From Candidatus Woesearchaeota archaeon CG1_02_57_44 (GTDB lineage: Archaea > Nanobdellota > Nanobdellia > Woesearchaeales > CG1-02-57-44), in the NCBI GenBank assembly GCA_001871415.1, contig MNWW01000036.1:1-35326 (forward strand): a stretch of 35,326 nucleotides of DNA. The letters run 5' to 3'. Shown piece by piece: positions 27,478 through 35,326 of this stretch (the first letter of the stretch is position 1; each line of letters begins with the position of its first letter). A program made the position numbers and the translations under genes. Below the pieces are notes generated by a model. That model worked only from the letters and a program-made list of their open reading frames with translations, was not told the DNA's origin and made no database searches.

Positions 27478-28038
27478 ATGGCCAAAGCCAAGAAACCAGA
27501 AGGAAAGCGTGAGCTTACCGTCGTAAACATCGTGGTGAGCGCTTCGCTCGGGCACGACATCCCGCTTGAGAAGATGGCTGCCACGCTGTCAAACACCGAA
27601 TATAATCCTGAGCAGTTTCCCGGACTAGTCCTCAGGATTAAAGAGCCAAAGACCTCTGCGCTGATTTTCAGCTCCGGCAACATTGTCTGTACTGGCGCGC
27701 GCAGCATGGACAAGGTCGAGGAGGCTGTAAAGAAGATTATCAAGTCCCTGGAGAAGATTGGTATCAAGATCACCATCAAGCCGGAGATCAAGATCCAGAA
27801 CATTGTAGCTTCAGGCACCGTGGGTATGGACCTTAACCTCAACACCCTAGCCATGAAGCTCGATAACACAGAGTACGAGCCAGAGCAGTTCCCCGGTCTG
27901 GTCTATAAGCTGCCTGCCGCGAAAGCCACGTTCCTGCTGTTCTCTAACGGCAAGGTCGTCTGCACAGGTACCAAGAGCGAAACCGCGGTGCAGATAGCGC
28001 TCGAAAAACTTGTGGAAAATCTCAAGAAGGTTATTTAA
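27478..28038 (+). CDS. tbp: TATA-box binding protein
   Basis: Two repeats: NIVVS...YNPEQFPGLVLR...LIFSSG..VCTGA and QNIVAS...YEPEQFPGLVY...LLFSNGKVVCTG. Confidence 0.97.
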   Translation: MAKAKKPEGKRELTVVNIVVSASLGHDIPLEKMAATLSNTEYNPEQFPGLVLRIKEPKTSALIFSSGNIVCTGARSMDKVEEAVKKIIKSLEKIGIKITIKPEIKIQNIVASGTVGMDLNLNTLAMKLDNTEYEPEQFPGLVYKLPAAKATFLLFSNGKVVCTGTKSETAVQIALEKLVENLKKVI

Positions 28039-28153
28039 CCCAGTTTCTTTTCCCTTTTCTTCGCCTGCGTGGTAGTTTTCGCTATGCGCTGGCAGAGGCG
28101 TGACGCTGGTTCGCAAGGGTCTTTCGTCATGCTGCAATCGTATTTGGGGGTAT

Positions 28154-30169
28154 ATGATGGAGACTGGAGAACAGATAGGGTTATTCAAGGAGTTCTTTGA
28201 GCAGCAGTACTCCCTGGACCTTGCTGAGATACAGCGCCTGGGCAAGCGCCGCATGAGCGTCGACTTTGGCGCCATCGCGACCCACAGTGTTGAGCTGGCT
28301 GAGATGCTCATGGATCAGCCCGAGGAGGTCATCAAGGCCGCCGAGCTCGCTATCCAGGAAGTATTGGGGCTTGATGAGCCGGTGGTGGCTGTCCGCCTCA
28401 TCAATGTTCCTTACACGCAGAAGTACATGGTGCGCTCGGTGCGTGCAGAGCACATAGGGAGGCTCATCTATCTGGAAGGCATCATCAGGCAGAAGTCTGA
28501 TGTGCGCCCGCAGATGACACTCGCGCGCTTTGAGTGCCCTGCTTGCGGCAACGTGACCAGTATCCCGCAGACCGATACGACCCTGAAGGCCCCCGGGCGC
28601 TGCAGTTGCGGCTACAAAGGCACATTCAGGCAGGTGAGCAAGGAGCTCGTTGACGCGCAGAGCATTGTGTTAGAAGAATCCCCTGATGAGCTCGAAGGCG
28701 GCGAGCAGCCAAAAAGAATCAACCTCTTCCTGCGCTCAGACCTCGTGAGTCCATTGAGCGAGAAGCGGACCAACCCAGGAAGCCGTATCGGTGTGGTGGG
28801 CATCCTGAAGGAAAGTCCGCAGATGACGAAAGCAGGGCAGAAGAGCACGCGCTACGACATATTCTTCGATGTCAATAATATCATCCCGAAGGATGAGACT
28901 TTCGAGGACGTGAAGATAACTGACGAGGAGGAAGAGACCTTTCGCGAGCTGGCGGCAGACCCCCATCTCTGGGACCGTCTGGTGGCCTCCCTCGCTCCAA
29001 GCATCTACGGGCATGAGAAGGTCAAGTTGGCGCTGCTGTTGCAGATGTTCTCTGGCGTGCGAAAGCGTAGGGAGGGCGGTGTTGTCATCAGAGGTGACAT
29101 TCACGTCCTGCTGGTAGGTGATCCTGGGGCGGGAAAGAGTCAGCTCCTGCGCAGGGTCGCGGCTGTCGCGCCCAAGGCCCGCTACGTGGCAGGTAAGGGT
29201 GCGTCTGGTGCTGGCCTTACTGCGGCTGTGGTCAAGGATGAGTTCATTCGCGGCTGGGCGCTTGAGGCAGGAGCGCTGGTCCTCGCGAATGAAGGTATGT
29301 GCATGATTGACGAGCTTGACAAGATGAGTACGGAGGATAGAGACGCGATGCACGAGGCGCTTGAGCAACAGACCGTCAGCATCGCCAAGGCGAATATTCA
29401 GGCGACGCTGAGGGCTGAGACGACCGTGCTTGCGGCAGCCAACCCAAAGTACGGTCGCTTTGTCATAACCGAATCCCTGCCCGGGCAGGTGGACCTCATC
29501 CCGTCGCTGCTTTCGCGATTTGACCTGCTCTTCGCCATCAAGGACCTGCCGGATCCGGGGCGCGACGCGGAGATGGCAGGATTCATCCTGAACATGCACC
29601 GCACGACCAAGCATGAGAGCCCGGACATTCCCACTCCTGTCCTGAAAAAATACATCGCCTTTGCCAGACGGTTCCAGCCCAAGCTGACCGAGGCGGCCTT
29701 CAACGAGATTAAGGACTACTATGTCAGCATGCGCTCCAAGGGCCTGGAGGGCGAGACCAAGAGCGTCCCCATAACGCCGCGCCAGCTCGAGGCCCTGGTG
29801 CGATTGTCCGAGGCGGCGGCCAAGGCGCGCTTCTCTGACCTTGTCGAGCAGCAGGACGCGAAGATAGCAACTGACCTCGTGCAATACTACCTCAATGAGT
29901 TTGGCAGGGACTCGAGCACAGGCGTTGTGGATATCGACCGCATCATGACGGGAACGCCAGCGTCCCAGAGAAACAAGCTGCTCATTGTCCGAGACATCAT
30001 CCGCAACCTGCTCTCGCGCTCCGGCGAGAAGGAGGTCTTGGTTACTGACATCTACATGGAGGCGCAGGAGAAGAACCTGGGCGAGCAGGAGATAGACGAT
30101 CTGCTCGTGCAGCTCGAGCGCAAGGGCGACATCTGGAAGCCAAGCAAGAACAAAGTATCGACCATGTGA
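28154..30169 (+). CDS. mcm: MCM replicative helicase
   Basis: Zn motif CPAC...CSC, GDPGAGKS, IDELDKM, SIAKA, AAANP, SRFD, TPRQLE, C-terminal winged helix. Confidence 0.96.
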   Translation: MMETGEQIGLFKEFFEQQYSLDLAEIQRLGKRRMSVDFGAIATHSVELAEMLMDQPEEVIKAAELAIQEVLGLDEPVVAVRLINVPYTQKYMVRSVRAEHIGRLIYLEGIIRQKSDVRPQMTLARFECPACGNVTSIPQTDTTLKAPGRCSCGYKGTFRQVSKELVDAQSIVLEESPDELEGGEQPKRINLFLRSDLVSPLSEKRTNPGSRIGVVGILKESPQMTKAGQKSTRYDIFFDVNNIIPKDETFEDVKITDEEEETFRELAADPHLWDRLVASLAPSIYGHEKVKLALLLQMFSGVRKRREGGVVIRGDIHVLLVGDPGAGKSQLLRRVAAVAPKARYVAGKGASGAGLTAAVVKDEFIRGWALEAGALVLANEGMCMIDELDKMSTEDRDAMHEALEQQTVSIAKANIQATLRAETTVLAAANPKYGRFVITESLPGQVDLIPSLLSRFDLLFAIKDLPDPGRDAEMAGFILNMHRTTKHESPDIPTPVLKKYIAFARRFQPKLTEAAFNEIKDYYVSMRSKGLEGETKSVPITPRQLEALVRLSEAAAKARFSDLVEQQDAKIATDLVQYYLNEFGRDSSTGVVDIDRIMTGTPASQRNKLLIVRDIIRNLLSRSGEKEVLVTDIYMEAQEKNLGEQEIDDLLVQLERKGDIWKPSKNKVSTM

Positions 30170-30289
30170 GAGTTATGATGCGAACAGAAAAAGAATCCAT
30201 GATAGCGCGTGCGGCGTGTGCGCGAAGAGGGTCATCTTCTCCTTATTATCCTGCATCGCAACTACGATGCGGTCCCCATGGAGGCCATC

Positions 30290-30976
30290 ATGTCAGAGCA
30301 TGACGTGGACAGTCAACCCGCTGGAAGGCCGACGCAATTCACCTACCCTCCTGCGGTGCCATTGACCGCTGACATGTTTCTCGCAGCGCCGTTCATGCAA
30401 GGTCAGGACATGCAGCCCTCATGCCTGCGCATGAATGTGCCTGCCTATCGCGTCTCCCTGCTGGGTATGATAGTGCTCAGCCAGGACGGCGCTGCGATTC
30501 TCGACGACGGTACAGGGAGCGTGCCGTTGCGTGGTCTTTCCTTTGAGCCCAAGGTCGGCGACATCCTCAATGTCATCGGCAGGCCGCGCGAGTTCGGAGC
30601 CCGCCATTGCTCAGTGGAGATAATGAAAGTACTAGGCGACGCGCGCTGGATAAAAGTGCACCGTGCGAAGGCGCAGCTGCTGCGTATGCGCCCGGGCGAA
30701 GCGCCGCCTCCTGAGCCTGCCCAGGTGATTCCTGACGAGGTGCGCGAGGCCGCATCCGTGCCGCCAGAGTCATTGGACATGGGCGAGGCCGTGCTTGCTG
30801 CTATCAGGAAGCTGGACAAGGGCGAGGGCGCGTCGCTCACGGATGTGGTCGCGGCCGCGGTAGGCGCCGACCATTCCAGCACAAAGGCCGCAGAAGCAGA
30901 GCAGGCAGTGACAGACCTCACCAATGCCGGGGAGATCTTCGAGCTCGCGCCGGGACGGCTGAAGGTGCTGGAATGA
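30290..30976 (+). CDS. OB-fold plus winged-helix protein, RPA32/RPA2-like
   Basis: RVSLLG.IV, LDDGTG, GD...VIGRPR OB pattern; Pro-rich linker; C-terminal GEIFELAPG winged helix; follows mcm. Alternative start 30278. Confidence 0.72.
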   Translation: MSEHDVDSQPAGRPTQFTYPPAVPLTADMFLAAPFMQGQDMQPSCLRMNVPAYRVSLLGMIVLSQDGAAILDDGTGSVPLRGLSFEPKVGDILNVIGRPREFGARHCSVEIMKVLGDARWIKVHRAKAQLLRMRPGEAPPPEPAQVIPDEVREAASVPPESLDMGEAVLAAIRKLDKGEGASLTDVVAAAVGADHSSTKAAEAEQAVTDLTNAGEIFELAPGRLKVLE

Positions 30977-31025
30977 CCGCTTGATATTATATGTTCTTTC
31001 AAGAATGCGTTGCTTGTTTCCTTGC

Positions 31026-32303
31026 CTACTTGCTCGTCGAGTAGAAGAGGCGAAGGTAGGTGTTGTCTGATATTCTCACATATTTCTTTCGCCTGTCTTT
31101 GTCGGACGTTGTTATAGTGATCAGCCCCTTATCGAGAAGATCCTTTATTGGATGTCTGAGATTGGTTGGGAGTATCCCGGTGCGTTGCGCCAAATCTGTC
31201 ATGGTTATCTTTCCGGTGACATCGAGCAGTATGGTAATGATCTTGGTTTCGTGCTGTGTCAGTGTGGAGAATATTGCCTGTTTCTCCTTCTCCTGCACGG
31301 CTTTTATCTCATGCATGGTTATCTTGCAGGGGGCTTGCTGCTCTGTCGAGAGCATGGTGTCTTCCAGGACTTTGAAGGCGAATCTGATGTTGTTTAATGT
31401 TTCATAGAGCCAGGTCACTGTTGTTTCTTCATACGGAGACAGATAGGTCCCTTCTGGAATCGTGAGTGAATTGCAGCGTTTTTTCAGTATCTCCAGCACA
31501 TGGTATGAATTCAGCGGTCCTAGGACAATTGGTTGAGAAAAAGTACTGTGCGCCTGTGGGTATGTCTCCAATGCGCCCAAGCATGAAGGTGGCCCCATGA
31601 ATATAAAATGAATGCCTTCTATCTGGAGGTAGTCGCGTATCATGCGGAAAAAATCAGCTAGGTGCATGCTGTCAATGTTCTCCAAGTTGTCATACGGCAG
31701 TATCAGCTGCTTTCCTTGTGCGAGGAGTTCCTGGCTCAGTGCACGGAGTAACTCTTCATATATTTCCGGACTGATTGCTCCAGGAACGCTCTTTGTTGAG
31801 GAGACTCCTACTCCTGTTCCTGCGATGCTCCCTTGCACTGCCTTCTGTGTCCCGATAGCGACATAATCGCCGATTCTGGCGAGAGCAGGGAGCTTGAGCC
31901 CGTGCTGGTCCCATCGGAAGATTAAACTGGAAGTATAGACTGCAGACAGGGTTGCCAGAAGGAATTCCTTGGATCCCCAAGCGGATTGGGCCTTTATTTC
32001 GGTCGATGTTGTGACGTGATGCGCTTTGGATTGTCGTTCGATGCAGAGCTTCCATCTGATATAGTTGGAGAAGGTTGTCTTGCCTACGCCAAAATTGCCG
32101 CTGATGAATGTCCGTGTGTTGTTGGATGAACAGATGATCCTCAGTAATTTTGTGGTTTCTTCTGTTCTACCTGAAAAGACCTTTCCGATGGGCAGAGAAC
32201 TCAAGAGGGTCGTGGGGCCGGTCGTGAATGGGCTTTCACGAAGTCCATACTTGGGCCAGACTGAATGCGCATCCTCGGGAGAAGTTTCTTCCTGAATTGC
32301 CAT
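31026..32303 (-). CDS. P-loop ATPase with C-terminal MarR-like winged helix
   Basis: FSGRTEE, Walker A GNFGVGKTT, Walker B LILPYDNLE, ILKKR, C-terminal LAQRTGI...LLDKGLI...DRRKKYVRI. Confidence 0.8.
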   Translation of the reverse strand: MAIQEETSPEDAHSVWPKYGLRESPFTTGPTTLLSSLPIGKVFSGRTEETTKLLRIICSSNNTRTFISGNFGVGKTTFSNYIRWKLCIERQSKAHHVTTSTEIKAQSAWGSKEFLLATLSAVYTSSLIFRWDQHGLKLPALARIGDYVAIGTQKAVQGSIAGTGVGVSSTKSVPGAISPEIYEELLRALSQELLAQGKQLILPYDNLENIDSMHLADFFRMIRDYLQIEGIHFIFMGPPSCLGALETYPQAHSTFSQPIVLGPLNSYHVLEILKKRCNSLTIPEGTYLSPYEETTVTWLYETLNNIRFAFKVLEDTMLSTEQQAPCKITMHEIKAVQEKEKQAIFSTLTQHETKIITILLDVTGKITMTDLAQRTGILPTNLRHPIKDLLDKGLITITTSDKDRRKKYVRISDNTYLRLFYSTSK

Positions 32304-32489
32304 GTGCTGTAGTATTCCACAGTGATATAAATAGTTATGCATTTACATATAATTATTTAGTTTTATATAATGATATTATTCTATATCATAATCGCATTAT
32401 TTTCCTGGCTTGGTGCTGTATATTATTTTTACGTATCAAATCACCACTTTAGAGTAATATTCTTAAAGTCTTCCGAGTTTTCGCAGCCC

Positions 32490-33545
32490 ATGCAGGACGT
32501 CCAGATACTCCACGAGCAGCCATATCCAAGTATGGCCCGGCGCGATGACCTTGAGCGCCTGCTCGATACCATCCCACAAGTCGAGCACGACAACCCTGCG
32601 CGTCCTGAATGGCCGCCAGCGCCGCAGCGCGAGATAGACCTTGCGACATATGGCTGCGGTGCAATCATTGTCCAGGACGAGTCGGTCAATCCGACAGGTA
32701 CGCACAAGGCCCGCTCCGCGCACGAGACCGGTCCGGTCTGGCATAGGGGTTGGGCAGAGCGTATGTGGCTGAGTGGTGTGGATGTCACCCCTTTTCCCAC
32801 CATGAGCATCATCACCACGGGCAATGCTGGCGCCGCCATTGCGCAGGCGCATCAGCAGTATGGCCTGCCGCCCATCCGATGCCTGATGGACAGGGCAACG
32901 CCGGCATCCAACACCGACCGTCTCATCGGGCTTGGCGCGTCAGTCTATCTGACCGACCTTTCTGTAGGAGTCCTCGCTGCCGACGACATCCTGGCGATGA
33001 CCAGCAACAGAGAAGGTCTTGACCTGACCAGCGCGCGTATCGTCGATCGACAGCGTACCTTCTATGACTGGCTTGCGCATGAGTCGTTCAATCATTTTGC
33101 TGACGCGAAGAACGGTTGTCACATCCTGCTGCCCTACGGCTCTGGAGATCTATTCGCGAATCTCCTCTACTGGCAGGCGGAGAACCTGCGTCATGGCCCG
33201 GACCCGCGGCTCCAGATACCGCTCAGCACCCTCGCGTCAATCAACATCATGGCTGCCCAACCAGGTTCCCCCGCAAGTGCCGCCAGATACCTGACAGGAT
33301 GCAAGCCTTTTGAGTACTTCGCCTCTAATGATATTGATGGCGCAATCCGCGCAGGCCTCACCGGATCAAGGACAGGGATATACGCGGTGGATGAGCAGGA
33401 GATAGCGCACGGCGCACAGACCCTTGCGCAATTCATGCGCACGAGCGAGAGCGGTGCCGCGGGCGTCGCATTGTACATGGCGCTCTGGGAACAGCAGGCG
33501 TTCGTGCGTCATGATGATATTCTTGCGATAAATACCGGCGGTTAG
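32490..33545 (+). CDS. Fold-type II PLP-dependent enzyme (threonine synthase/dehydratase superfamily)
   Basis: DESVNPTGTHKAR (PLP lysine), TTGNAG, PYGSGD, SESGAAG. Confidence 0.78.
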   Translation: MQDVQILHEQPYPSMARRDDLERLLDTIPQVEHDNPARPEWPPAPQREIDLATYGCGAIIVQDESVNPTGTHKARSAHETGPVWHRGWAERMWLSGVDVTPFPTMSIITTGNAGAAIAQAHQQYGLPPIRCLMDRATPASNTDRLIGLGASVYLTDLSVGVLAADDILAMTSNREGLDLTSARIVDRQRTFYDWLAHESFNHFADAKNGCHILLPYGSGDLFANLLYWQAENLRHGPDPRLQIPLSTLASINIMAAQPGSPASAARYLTGCKPFEYFASNDIDGAIRAGLTGSRTGIYAVDEQEIAHGAQTLAQFMRTSESGAAGVALYMALWEQQAFVRHDDILAINTGG

Positions 33546-33593
33546 GGTGCGCGTAAAATAGAGACCGAGCGCAAGAGCGTCGGATCAAGGTCA

Positions 33594-34976
33594 TCATTCC
33601 CCCCTGCTGTGATACTCGACGATCTTCTTATGCTTCCAGTAGCCCCGTCCGAACCACCACCAGCACAGGATGGCCGTGAGTACGTTAGACACAGGAAACG
33701 CCCACCAGAGTCCAGAATACGAGAGCGATGTATATTTCGAGAGCGTGAACGCGACGGGCAATTGTATGACCCAGAAGCTGACGAGCGAGAGTATCATGCT
33801 GGACTTGGTGTCGCCCGCGCCGCGCAGCGCGCCGAGCAGCGCCATCTGGATGCCGAGGAACCCGAACACAGGAGACATGATGCGCAGGAACGCTGCGCCT
33901 GCCCTGATGACCTCTAGCTCGCCAGGGACGAAGAATGCGGTGATGGGCCTCGCGAAGATATAGAACATTGCGCCGATGATGGTCAGTATCCAGAACCCTA
34001 GCTGGTAGCTTGTCCTGGTTATCTCCTCTGCCTCATCAGGCTTGCCTGCGCCCATGCGTTGTCCCACGAGCGTCGAGGTGCCAAGGGACAGTCCGACAGC
34101 GGGGATGATAACGAAACTGAAGATGCGCATGCCGATGCCGTAGGCGGCGACGATTATCGTGCCGAACGTCGCGACAATGACCATCATGGCCACAAGACCC
34201 AATGCCCTGCTGCCTTGTTCGATGCTGCTGGGCAATCCGATGCGAAAGAGCTTTCTGACCACAGGCCAGTCCGGCTTGAGATGCTTGAGGCGAAGCCGTA
34301 TGCCCTGCTTGCCAGACAGCAGGAAGTACAGGCCCGCGATGCTGGCGAGGCCCTGCGTGCCGATGGTCGCGAGCGCGGCGCCTGTGACGCCATAGGCAGG
34401 GATGGGTCCATAGCCGAAGATGAACAAGGGGTCTAGTATGAGATTGAGCAGCACCGTGCCAAGCACGATGTATGCAGGCACCTTGACCTCGCCCACGCCT
34501 CGGACGAGCGACTGATACGCGAAGAACCCGAACAGGAACAGTATGCCCGCGAACGACAACTGCATGTAGGCGACAGTATCAGCGAGGATGTCAGGCCCTG
34601 CGCCGATGGCTTTGGCGACCGGGGCGGAGAGCAGGTATCCGAGCGCGCCGCACACCAGTGATAGCACCAGCATCAGCACCAGGGTCTGTCCGGCAGCATG
34701 GTCAATGGCCTCTGGTTTTTTCGCGCCATAGTACTGCGCGACCAGCACGCTGCCCGCGACGCCGATGCCCATGGCGATGCTCATGACAAAGAAGAACACA
34801 GGAAAGCTCAGGGATACAGCTGCCACAGCGCCAGCGCCGAGCCGTCCTACCCAGAACGTGTCCGTGAGCTGATACGCGGTCTGCAGGATATTTGCAGCGA
34901 CGATGGGCAAGGTCAGTCCCAGCAGCGCCTTGATGGTATCGCCGTCCTTGACCCGCAGGCGCTTTGTTGACGTCAT
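33594..34976 (-). CDS. MATE-family efflux transporter
   Basis: LTLP...LQTAYQLTDTFWVGRLG, RGVG...P, NLILDPLFIFG, GAALAT, RGAGDT; about 12 hydrophobic segments. Confidence 0.93.
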   Translation of the reverse strand: MTSTKRLRVKDGDTIKALLGLTLPIVAANILQTAYQLTDTFWVGRLGAGAVAAVSLSFPVFFFVMSIAMGIGVAGSVLVAQYYGAKKPEAIDHAAGQTLVLMLVLSLVCGALGYLLSAPVAKAIGAGPDILADTVAYMQLSFAGILFLFGFFAYQSLVRGVGEVKVPAYIVLGTVLLNLILDPLFIFGYGPIPAYGVTGAALATIGTQGLASIAGLYFLLSGKQGIRLRLKHLKPDWPVVRKLFRIGLPSSIEQGSRALGLVAMMVIVATFGTIIVAAYGIGMRIFSFVIIPAVGLSLGTSTLVGQRMGAGKPDEAEEITRTSYQLGFWILTIIGAMFYIFARPITAFFVPGELEVIRAGAAFLRIMSPVFGFLGIQMALLGALRGAGDTKSSMILSLVSFWVIQLPVAFTLSKYTSLSYSGLWWAFPVSNVLTAILCWWWFGRGYWKHKKIVEYHSRGE

Positions 34977-35005
34977 CTATCCAGAACACAAGGAACTGGT
35001 ATTTA

Positions 35006-35050
35006 TGTGTGACTGCGGTCTGTGTGATTGTGGTCTGTGTGACTGTGGTA
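35006..35050. repeat. Three tandem 15-bp direct repeats
   Basis: tgtgtgactgcggtc / tgtgtgattgtggtc / tgtgtgactgtggta. Confidence 0.9.
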
Positions 35051-35052
35051 TT

Positions 35053-35326
35053 GGCTCTGTCCTAAGAGTCGGTAGAGCATAAGGAATGCGTTGTAGACGA
35101 TGCACTTCCTGATGATCTCGGCGCGGATGGTTCGTGCCTTGCGGCAGCGTATGCTGCCGCCAAGGGTTCTTTTTATGGCGCTGATGAGAGCTTTTGCTAG
35201 TTCGCGTCGGTGGTAGGTGCGGGTGCGAAAGGCCTTGAGGGCTATCTTGCGGTAGTGCCCTTTTTTGGTGGTTTTGCGGGCTGGTATCATGCTTTGGATG
35301 CCGTGGTCGTGGCAGAGTTCGTGTAT
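35053..35326 (-). mobile_element. IS5-family insertion sequence end with C-terminal part of the DDE transposase (truncated by window edge)
   Basis: Frame open to the window end: IP.R, YHRR...SAIKR.LG..IRCR.....E.....YN. Candidate terminal repeat GGCTCTGTCC begins at 35053; the ORF reads through it to a stop at 35003. Confidence 0.8.

Noticed and set aside
127..30169. Inteins in Cdc6, DP2 or MCM
   Set aside because: Protein lengths are normal and the usual insertion motifs (Walker A regions, RRDCDGDE) are uninterrupted.
35006..35050. CRISPR array
   Set aside because: Repeats are 15 bp, contiguous, with no spacers; no cas genes in the window.
1..35326. tRNA or rRNA genes
   Set aside because: No cloverleaf with a T-arm GTTCRA motif and no rRNA-like segment recognised in the intergenic regions by eye; tRNAscan-SE would be needed to exclude split or intron-containing tRNAs.

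Overview
Archaeal chromosomal segment, GC-rich. The gene set and short intergenic regions are most consistent with a DPANN lineage such as Woesearchaeota; this is inference and not tested by phylogeny. It carries a replication/information-processing cluster (ORB element + cdc6-polD1-polD2, aIF-2beta, tyrS, trm5-like, fen1, endA, rnz, histone, tbp-mcm-RPA-like), a proteolysis block (M24 peptidase, tldD-tldE-pan), a probable toxin-antitoxin pair, a secreted M64-like metalloprotease with a partner, cimA, an ATPase-wHTH gene, a PLP enzyme, a MATE transporter and the end of an IS5-family element. The main unexplained signals are: (1) two apparently homologous short upstream ORFs, missed by the ORF track, that both start MVAAS and share a two-hairpin architecture; one ends in IIGIIIR directly before the isoleucine-pathway gene cimA, which looks like ribosome-mediated attenuation in an archaeon; (2) a FliA/WhiG-like sigma-70 protein with a second degenerate sigma-like module; (3) a second ORB cluster 27 kb from cdc6, upstream of tbp-mcm. 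All family assignments are from motif recognition by eye; no searches or folding programs were run.
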